Positions 1-6,526 of a DNA stretch of 17,694 nt are shown here, one piece after another. Position 1 is the first letter of the stretch; each line of letters begins with the position of its first letter. Both the position numbers and the translations under genes were made by a program. The notes beneath the pieces are model-generated. The model was not told the origin of the DNA. It worked only from the letters and a program-made list of their open reading frames with translations, and searched no databases. The DNA is from Thermodesulfovibrionales bacterium (GTDB taxonomy: Bacteria > Nitrospirota > Thermodesulfovibrionia > Thermodesulfovibrionales > UBA6898): the NCBI GenBank assembly GCA_044450345.1, contig JBIOIY010000060.1, forward strand, positions 1 through 17,694, written 5' to 3'.

Positions 1-64
1 CCGAAACTCGATGACTCGCCTTCCCGTCCAAAATGAGGTATTATTGTTAAAGGAGGTCATAGAT

Positions 65-262
65 ATGAAGCACAGGCATGAATATGAAGCGGTTTATCAC
101 CCCAGCCTTTCTTCGGAGGCAAAGACAATCGGCATTAAGGCGGCCGAGATGAGAAGATGCAAGACATGCCAAAAAGAGATGCCTTTTGTCATGATCAAGA
201 AGGAATGGTTCCCGCTATTCGAAGATCCGGAATCTGTCGATCAGGGTATACTGATGGCCTAA
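65..262 (+). CDS. Small hypothetical protein (65 aa), possible Zn-binding (HxH plus CxxC)
   Basis: Strong SD AAGGAGGT at 50-57 precedes ATG 65 (internal Met of ORF 11..262). Sequence MKHRHEY...RRCKTCQKEM. Confidence 0.65.
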   Translation: MKHRHEYEAVYHPSLSSEAKTIGIKAAEMRRCKTCQKEMPFVMIKKEWFPLFEDPESVDQGILMA

Positions 263-437
263 GCCACAGCAGGTTCTCAAAAATATTCTGAAAAGAATCT
301 GACAAATAAGGCCATCCTTGTTAAGGTGCATCTCTTTTTCATTATCTGCGCGAGGGTTCAGCCTGAAGCGGCCGCCGAGATTACCAAAAAAATCCTCCTG
401 CCCCCTTTTACGGCCTCCTTGCGTTACATTATAATTA

Positions 438-1346
438 ATGACAGACATGGAAAGAGACTATTCTTCATTTCCACCGATAGGCGTGACCGCATATTCCGAC
501 TTTTATACCTTCCCGTCCCCGAAGGTCTGGGGAGACTATTGGTTCAAGAAGCATTTATTAAAGGAGTTTGCAAGCCTGGGATATCCAGTGGACAATGCCA
601 ACCCGAAAATCCTTTTGCACCTCTTCGGAGAACCGCTTCATAGAATTCCCGCGGAAACATACACAATGCTCTGGATACACAGTCATCCTGACTGGATCAC
701 GCCTGAGATGCTCTGTAAATATCATACGATATATTGCATTTCAAAACCTTTTATACAAAAGCTGATGACAATGGGGTTTGAAGCAAAATTTCTGATGATA
801 CCGACACACCTGAGCCAACGCCCGGAGAGGAAGGGAAAGGAGTACGACATCGTCTTTGTCGGAAATACGAAACATAATATCATGAGAAAGATTGTGAGAG
901 ATATCGGCTCCCCTCCGTACAATATTAAAATATGGGGCTGGGGCTGGAAAGGATTGATACCCGATACATGGTATGGCGGGGAATATTTCGACAACGGGCT
1001 GCTTGGAGTACTCTATTCATCTGCAAAAATCGTCCTTAACGACCATCACGAAGACATGCAGAGAGAAGGCTTCATCAACCCAAGAATATTGGATGTCCTG
1101 GCCAGCGGCGGTTTTGTCGTTTCGGACACTGTTCTCGGCATGGATGAATTGCTTGACCGGGGCGTCGCGACGTACAGTACCCCGCGCGAACTGTCAGAGG
1201 CAATAACGAGATATATTGAAGATGCCGGGGCCAGGGACACCATAACAGGAAGAGGACAGAAGGCGGCCCTCGGGTTCAGCTATCGCGCCGCATGTCTCGA
1301 AATTATAAGACATATCGTATCGGTTTCTGATAAATTATCCTGGTAA
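438..1346 (+). CDS. Glycosyltransferase, CgeB/YkvP-like (Glyco_trans_1_2, GT-B C-terminal domain)
   Basis: 302-aa ORF with YDIVFVGN, IWGWGW, LYSSAKIVLNDHHEDM, INPRILDVLASGGFVVSD, typical of the CgeB-like family. Start could be ATG 447. Confidence 0.85.
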   Translation: MTDMERDYSSFPPIGVTAYSDFYTFPSPKVWGDYWFKKHLLKEFASLGYPVDNANPKILLHLFGEPLHRIPAETYTMLWIHSHPDWITPEMLCKYHTIYCISKPFIQKLMTMGFEAKFLMIPTHLSQRPERKGKEYDIVFVGNTKHNIMRKIVRDIGSPPYNIKIWGWGWKGLIPDTWYGGEYFDNGLLGVLYSSAKIVLNDHHEDMQREGFINPRILDVLASGGFVVSDTVLGMDELLDRGVATYSTPRELSEAITRYIEDAGARDTITGRGQKAALGFSYRAACLEIIRHIVSVSDKLSW

Positions 1347-1350
1347 CGCC

Positions 1351-2085
1351 ATGTATCATATAAAAACTGCGGGCATTATTATTATCGGCAACGAGATACT
1401 TTCCGGAAAGGTCCAAGACTCGAACTCCTTCTTTCTCGCCTCTGAATTGAGGGCCTTGGGCGTAAATGTAATGCGCATATCAGTGATCCCCGACGACATT
1501 GAGACGATCGGCAGGGAGGTCCTTTCTTTTTCCAAGAGTTTCGATTATGTCTTCACCACGGGCGGCATAGGTCCGACACACGATGATATTACGCCTGCGG
1601 GCATCGCTTGCGGGTTCGGCGTAAAACTTGCGAGACACCCGTCACTCGAACAGATATTCCGCGAGAGATACGGAGAGTCATGCAACGAGGCGATCCTGAA
1701 GATGGCAGAAGTGCCTGAAGGGGCCGAATTGATCGACTTCGGGAATTCGAGGTTTCCCCTCGTTGCGTTCAGGAACATCTTCATTTTCCCCGGTATCCCA
1801 AAATATCTCAGAGAAAAATTCGGACTCATAAAAGAACGTTTTCGTACGGATGCACTTTACCTGAAAAGACTTTTCCTGGATGCAGACGAGGCCGACATTG
1901 CAGCCGCCCTCAACAGGGTCGTTGCCGAAAACAGGGACGTCAGTTTCGGCTCGTACCCGATCCTCGACAATTCTGAATACAAAATCATCGTTACGGTCGA
2001 ATGCCGTTCCGAAGATTCCTTGAGTAAGGCGTTAAAACAACTGCTTGAAAGCCTCCCCGGTCATATCATAGTGAAAATGGAGTAA
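1351..2085 (+). CDS. Competence/damage-inducible protein A (CinA)-like, molybdopterin-binding domain (COG1058), without the C-terminal PncC domain
   Basis: Motifs IIIIGNEILSGKVQDSN, TTGGIGPTHDDIT, FPGIP, and C-terminal GSYP domain. 244 aa is too short to include PncC. Confidence 0.9.
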   Translation: MYHIKTAGIIIIGNEILSGKVQDSNSFFLASELRALGVNVMRISVIPDDIETIGREVLSFSKSFDYVFTTGGIGPTHDDITPAGIACGFGVKLARHPSLEQIFRERYGESCNEAILKMAEVPEGAELIDFGNSRFPLVAFRNIFIFPGIPKYLREKFGLIKERFRTDALYLKRLFLDADEADIAAALNRVVAENRDVSFGSYPILDNSEYKIIVTVECRSEDSLSKALKQLLESLPGHIIVKME

Positions 2086-2091
2086 TCCCCG

Positions 2092-2652
2092 TTGGGACGC
2101 AAAAGGATATTAGGGAAGACAACTGATTTCATCACCGGCCGGGAGATCACAGACACCGACGACGAACGGTACCGCCAGAAACTTGCCCGGTTGCTTATCG
2201 AAGTGAAAGGCTACGAAAAAGACGATATCGAGCCGAGACGGCGCATAGAGATGGAGATCGAAGGGAAGAAGGTCCTTTCGCTGATAGATTTTGTAGTGAG
2301 TGCAGGGACTTCGAGGTTCATGGTAATTAAGTTTGGCCCCGGTTCTCTCGTAACACGGGAGCGGCCCGCGCTCGCGGCTGCGAGGATACTCGGCGAATAT
2401 CAAATACCGGTGACGGTCGTGACCAACGGGGAAGATGCGGAAGTACTAGATACCGATTCAGGCGATCTGATCGCCACAGGGATAGATGCCATACCGGATA
2501 AAGCTTCCGCTCTGAAGAGGCTCGAAAAAATCATACGTAATCGCCCTTCGTCTGATCAGATCGAGGCCGAAAAGCGGATCATCTCAGCCTACGATTACCT
2601 CGAACATTCTCTCGAATGCGACGATGACTGGTGCGAGACTGATTCGGAGTGA
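2092..2652 (+). CDS. Stand-alone type I restriction enzyme HsdR N-terminal-like domain protein (paralog 1)
   Basis: TTG start with SD GGAG at 2079-2082. Pattern DERYRQ..L..KGY..DI..IDFVV..MVIK..GSLVTRER..VTNG matches the HSDR_N_2-type fold. Confidence 0.75.
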   Translation: MGRKRILGKTTDFITGREITDTDDERYRQKLARLLIEVKGYEKDDIEPRRRIEMEIEGKKVLSLIDFVVSAGTSRFMVIKFGPGSLVTRERPALAAARILGEYQIPVTVVTNGEDAEVLDTDSGDLIATGIDAIPDKASALKRLEKIIRNRPSSDQIEAEKRIISAYDYLEHSLECDDDWCETDSE

Positions 2653-2658
2653 TGACGG

Positions 2659-2708
2659 GTAACCCCCCGTCGCCCCCTCTTAACTTAAGAGGGGGTTGGG
2701 GGCGTTAC
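2659..2708. repeat. Nested palindrome / REP-like hairpin between convergent genes
   Basis: CCCCCTCTTAA (2673-2683) C TTAAGAGGGGG (2685-2695), enclosed by GTAAC-CCCCC (2659-2668) and GGGGG-C-GTTAC (2698-2708). Confidence 0.7.
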
Positions 2709-2753
2709 TTGAATGAATGTCACCCTTTTATGAACTTCCCGGAATAGGATGGG

Positions 2754-3494
2754 TTATACCGCCTGCAGCTTCGGGATCAGCGGGGTTTTGCCTTCGCTGA
2801 GGATATCTCCCTTGATACCTATTACCACCTCGCTGTAGGGAATCTCTTTACCGGATTTCTGGATCGCCTGCTTGACAATATAAGCCAGTCCGCCGCAACA
2901 AGGCACCTCCATTCTCACCACGCTGACACTCTTGATTGAATTCTGCATGAACATCTCGGTGAGTTTTTCGAAATAAAACTGGGAATCATCGAGCTTGGGA
3001 CAGGCTATCACAACTTTTTTCCCCTTTATGAATCTCCCATGGAAATTGACAGTCGAAAAAGCGGCACAGTCGGCAGCCATGAGTAGGTCCGCATCATTGA
3101 AATAGGGCGCAGCGGTCGCAACAAGCTTCAGTTGAATAGGCCAGTTCGTCAGCTCCGGATGCGTCTCGGCAACACCATGCCGGCCGGTCTTGTTTTCGGT
3201 AAAGTCAACGGTCCTCGACCCGGGACAGCCGCAGGGCTCTTCTTTCTTTCTCGTTGCATGGATATGCTTTTCAGTCGCCACCTCGTCGAAGGGATCGGAC
3301 TCTCTCTGCATGATCGTCAGCGCCCCGGTGGGACAACCGCCCATACATGCGCCGAGCCCGTCACAGTACATTTCTTTAACGAGTTTTGCCTTCCCGTTTA
3401 CGATCTGAAGCGCCGCCTCTGCGCAGTCGACAACGCAATTGCCGCATCCGTTGCACTTCTCTTCATCGATCTGAATGATATTCCTTATTGCCAT
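2754..3494 (-). CDS. 4Fe-4S ferredoxin-domain iron-sulfur protein with Cys-rich C-terminal domain
   Basis: CNGCGNCVVDC and CDGLGACMGGCP ferredoxin motifs, CGCPG linker, then LTNWPIQL, ADC, CPKLD, MEVPCCGG. SD AGGAGG upstream on the minus strand. Confidence 0.9.
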   Translation of the reverse strand: MAIRNIIQIDEEKCNGCGNCVVDCAEAALQIVNGKAKLVKEMYCDGLGACMGGCPTGALTIMQRESDPFDEVATEKHIHATRKKEEPCGCPGSRTVDFTENKTGRHGVAETHPELTNWPIQLKLVATAAPYFNDADLLMAADCAAFSTVNFHGRFIKGKKVVIACPKLDDSQFYFEKLTEMFMQNSIKSVSVVRMEVPCCGGLAYIVKQAIQKSGKEIPYSEVVIGIKGDILSEGKTPLIPKLQAV

Positions 3495-3527
3495 CTTAAT
3501 TATCCTCCTGAATATTAATTATACTTA

Positions 3528-3570
3528 AGTATATTTCATTCTCATTGCCGCTTTCTATGATACAGATCAT
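3528..3570 (-). promoter_or_regulatory. Putative FNR/Crp-family class II promoter for the Fe-S gene
   Basis: Palindrome ATGAT-acag-ATCAT at 3557-3570 (FNR/DNR consensus TTGAT-N4-ATCAA). Minus-strand -10 TATACT at 3528-3533 places the site centre near -42. Confidence 0.55.
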
Positions 3571-3621
3571 CCTTGCAAGTCATAGCGAATAAAGACATAT
3601 CGGCAATGTCCGTTCCTCCCA

Positions 3622-3630
3622 TGGTATAAT
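3622..3630 (+). promoter_or_regulatory. Extended -10 promoter element
   Basis: TGGTATAAT, an exact TGnTATAAT match, about 40 nt upstream of ATG 3670. Confidence 0.55.
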
Positions 3631-3669
3631 AAATGGATTTTATATCATAATTCCCTGAAAGGAACTGCT

Positions 3670-3900
3670 ATGAAGGGGTGTTATTTCTGCCAGGAAAAGG
3701 AAGAGCTGGAAGATTGGGTTCATCCGGAAACCGGAGTGAGGTATTATTTCTGTGATTATTGTTTCAGAACAATAATAGGTGTCTGCGGGGAGTGCAGCAG
3801 CATCCTGACCAAGCTTGACCCCATAGGAATAAACGAAGAAGGACAAAGGATTTGCTACAAATGCAGCGCAGCCCACGACATGGCAGAGGACGATATTTAG
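3670..3900 (+). CDS. Small Cys-rich protein with four CxxC pairs (probable double zinc finger)
   Basis: CYFC, CDYC, CGEC, CYKC in 76 aa. SD-like AAAGGA upstream and extended -10 promoter. Confidence 0.75.
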   Translation: MKGCYFCQEKEELEDWVHPETGVRYYFCDYCFRTIIGVCGECSSILTKLDPIGINEEGQRICYKCSAAHDMAEDDI

Positions 3901-3946
3901 CAATTCCCGCGTCTATATCGGCTGAAACCTGGGATGAGGAGTGATA

Positions 3947-4135
3947 ATGTCGGATATAAGCGAAGACGAGAAATCTCATCTTATTGAAACTTCCTTTGAA
4001 GTCGACAGGGTCTACCTGCAGGCCCTTGAAGGCCTGAGAGAAGACCTTATAAGCCAGGGCATCGACATCGATTCAGGCGAGGGGCGAAAGATCTTCATAC
4101 GCGCCGTGCGGAAACTGAACGAGAGATTCATGTAG
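3947..4135 (+). CDS. Small acidic hypothetical protein (62 aa)
   Basis: SD GAGGAG at 3936-3941 before ATG 3947. Amphipathic-helix-like sequence; fills the gap between co-oriented genes. Confidence 0.7.
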   Translation: MSDISEDEKSHLIETSFEVDRVYLQALEGLREDLISQGIDIDSGEGRKIFIRAVRKLNERFM

Positions 4136-4138
4136 ATT

Positions 4139-4750
4139 ATGAAGTGCGGACGTCCTGCATTTTTGAACGCCGGTTTTATCCCCGGTGACCTTCCCAGCCA
4201 AGAGGTTGAGAGACCGATATTCCCAGACTGCCTTGCCGACTGTCTTACCGGCCGGGAAATCCCTTTTTCCAATCGGGATAACATAAGACAGAAGGTGCTG
4301 CAGTTCCTCATGGACAAGAAAGACTATCGCAAGGGAGATTTCGCTGTTGACAGGGAGATTTCCTTCGAGATTGAAGGCCGGCCTGTCGTCTCGCTGGTTG
4401 ACCTCTCGATTGCTATCGATGGCAGGACTTTGATGATCTGGAAATGCGCCTCGGGTTCGCTCGTCTCGCGGGAGAGACAGATTCTCGCCTCAGCGCGACT
4501 CCTCGAAGACTACATTGTGCCCTTTGCCGCAGTCGCAAACGGCCTGGATCTTGAGTTCCTCGACTCAGTTACAGGCAGAGTCATCGGTTGCGGGTTTGAA
4601 TCAGTGCCTTCCCGGGAGGAACTGATCAAGAGGGACGATTTGTTCCTGAGACCTGTAAACAAAGAAAAGCTCCCCGTCGAGCAGAGAATACTTTATACCT
4701 ATGATGCAATCAGCTGTCCCGCGGCCTGTAGCGATCCCCCCGGCCGGTAA
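4139..4750 (+). CDS. Stand-alone HsdR N-terminal-like domain protein (paralog 2)
   Basis: Aligns by eye with 2092..2652: D-[FC]-[IL]-TGREI, RQK, EIEG, GSLV[TS]RER, AR[IL]L, V[TA]NG, E[KQ]RI...YD. Start uncertain (N-terminal extension, weak SD). Confidence 0.75.
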   Translation: MKCGRPAFLNAGFIPGDLPSQEVERPIFPDCLADCLTGREIPFSNRDNIRQKVLQFLMDKKDYRKGDFAVDREISFEIEGRPVVSLVDLSIAIDGRTLMIWKCASGSLVSRERQILASARLLEDYIVPFAAVANGLDLEFLDSVTGRVIGCGFESVPSREELIKRDDLFLRPVNKEKLPVEQRILYTYDAISCPAACSDPPGR

Positions 4751-4793
4751 GGGCTTTAGTCTCCGAAAATCTTCAGAAAATCGCTTCCATTAC

Positions 4794-4802
4794 TGCTATA
4801 AT
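4794..4802 (+). promoter_or_regulatory. Extended -10 promoter element for the ThDP enzyme operon
   Basis: TGCTATAAT about 60 nt upstream of ATG 4865. Confidence 0.5.
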
Positions 4803-4864
4803 AGTTTACCTTTGGACAAGACAATGCGATCTCTATCTTTTCTTCATTGCCAGAGGCCATGTAA

Positions 4865-6517
4865 ATGGATATTAAGGTCAGCAGCCTCATAGTAAGATAT
4901 CTTGAACGGCTCGGGACGGAATATGTCTTCGGCATCCCGGGTGCCCATATACTTCCCGTTTACAATGCACTTTACGATTCCCGGATAAAATCGATCCTCG
5001 CGAAACATGAACAGGGAGCTTCCTTTATGGCGGGCGGGTATGCAAGACAGTCGGGGAAGATAGGGGTCTGCATCGCGACCGCGGGCCCCGGAGCGACGAA
5101 CCTGGTCACCGGCCTGGCAAATGCATATATGGACAGGCTTCCGGTGCTTGCGATCACCGGGGAAACTCCAACCTACTCTTTTGGTAAGGGCGCGCTTCAG
5201 GAAAGTACGGGGGAAGGGTCCTGCATCAACCAGTTCGATCTGTTCAGAGGTATCACGAGATATAACAGCGTTGTCCAGCGTACCGATTATATCCTCAACG
5301 TCCTGAGGAATGTGACCGGAATCCTCACCTCCGGAAACCCGGGCCCGGTCCTATTGAGTTTCCCCTATAACGTGTTGAAGGAGGAAGTGGACGAGACCAT
5401 TCTTGATCATATCAATTTCTCTAACCCCCTGATGAAGACGGGGGAGGACGTTGTTCCGCTTGATGAAATATTTTCTATTTTAAGGGCCGCCTCTCATCCG
5501 GTCGTTCTTGCCGGGTACGGCAGCGTGCTTTCGAAGGCCGAGGATTCGATCGCACGTTTTTGCGTGAAGACGAATATACCGGTTGCCACGAGCCTCAAGG
5601 CCAGAGGAATAATCCCTGAGACTTCGGCACTTTCCTTAGGAGTGCTCGGGATCACTTCCGGTGAATCGGCGTTCCGCTATATCTCCGACAAGGCAGACGT
5701 TATCGTCATCTCGGGGGCAAGTTTCGGGGAAAGGACGAGCTATAACTGGAATGCCGAACTACTAAAAGGCAAGAAGATCATCCAGATCGACAGCGACGAG
5801 ACGCAGCTCAATAAGGTCTTCACCGCTGACTTCGCCGTCAGGTGCGATGTCAAAAGGTTCTTCCATCTGCTTAACACAAGGCTTGAAAAAGAGCCGGTGG
5901 GACCGAAAGATATGAGCGACGCCTCTGATTATAAGTCAAAATATTCCAACCACATAGTCAAGGACAATGAGTTCCTCCTCGTAAGCAGGTTCCTCTCTCA
6001 TCTTAATAAACACTTCGAAGGCGACGTGCTGATATTCGACGACAATATTATTTATATGCAGCGCTTTTGCCACATCTCAAAGAGCCGGAGCTATTTCCCG
6101 AATTCCGGAATCTCGTCTTTGGGACATGCTGTCCCCGCTGCAATCGGGGCCAAGCTTGCCTCGGAGAAACCGGTGATCGCTCTCCTTGGGGACGGCGGCT
6201 TCCAAATGTGCTGTATGGAGATCATGACCGCGGTGAATTACGGCATACCCGTTACGGTAGTACTGCTGAATAACTCTTCCCTCGGCCTTGTAAGAAAAAA
6301 CCAGTTCTATAATTACGACGGCAGGTTCATCGCAAGTGACTTCGTCAATCCCGATTACAAAAAACTCGCTGACTCATTCGGCATCAATTACTTCAGGGTC
6401 GCGGCGGAATGCGACGCCGAAAATGTCTTCACGAAGGTCGACTTCAGGAACAACATCAATCTAATCGAGCTTATGCTCAACAAGGATGAATTCCCGAATT
6501 ACTCCTCGGGGAGATGA
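4865..6517 (+). CDS. Thiamine pyrophosphate-binding protein, acetolactate synthase large subunit-like
   Basis: VFGIPGAH, KHEQGASFMAGGYAR (catalytic Glu), GPGATN, and ThDP motif GDGGFQM...NN. No small subunit or ilvC adjacent. Confidence 0.92.
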   Translation: MDIKVSSLIVRYLERLGTEYVFGIPGAHILPVYNALYDSRIKSILAKHEQGASFMAGGYARQSGKIGVCIATAGPGATNLVTGLANAYMDRLPVLAITGETPTYSFGKGALQESTGEGSCINQFDLFRGITRYNSVVQRTDYILNVLRNVTGILTSGNPGPVLLSFPYNVLKEEVDETILDHINFSNPLMKTGEDVVPLDEIFSILRAASHPVVLAGYGSVLSKAEDSIARFCVKTNIPVATSLKARGIIPETSALSLGVLGITSGESAFRYISDKADVIVISGASFGERTSYNWNAELLKGKKIIQIDSDETQLNKVFTADFAVRCDVKRFFHLLNTRLEKEPVGPKDMSDASDYKSKYSNHIVKDNEFLLVSRFLSHLNKHFEGDVLIFDDNIIYMQRFCHISKSRSYFPNSGISSLGHAVPAAIGAKLASEKPVIALLGDGGFQMCCMEIMTAVNYGIPVTVVLLNNSSLGLVRKNQFYNYDGRFIASDFVNPDYKKLADSFGINYFRVAAECDAENVFTKVDFRNNINLIELMLNKDEFPNYSSGR

Positions 6518-6526
6518 GATATTTCG

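Noticed and set aside
215..643. ORFs 215..448 (-) and 326..643 (+)
   Set aside because: They overlap better-supported genes, have no motifs and no convincing SD.
2083..2094. CinA-like and HsdR-N ORFs in the same frame (TAA TCC CCG TTG)
   Set aside because: TAA is a tight stop and the downstream TTG has a well-spaced SD, so two separate genes are the simpler reading.
2650..2708. TGA followed by a hairpin as a selenocysteine/SECIS signal
   Set aside because: Tandem TGA TGA, read-through adds only a short low-complexity tail, and the paralog ends at a similar position.
2092..4750. A functional type I restriction-modification or defence island
   Set aside because: No methyltransferase, specificity subunit or helicase domain, and no mobile-element genes nearby.
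4865..6517. Assigning the symbol ilvB
   Set aside because: No ilvN/ilvC context and non-canonical substrate-loop sequence; family is clear, function is not.
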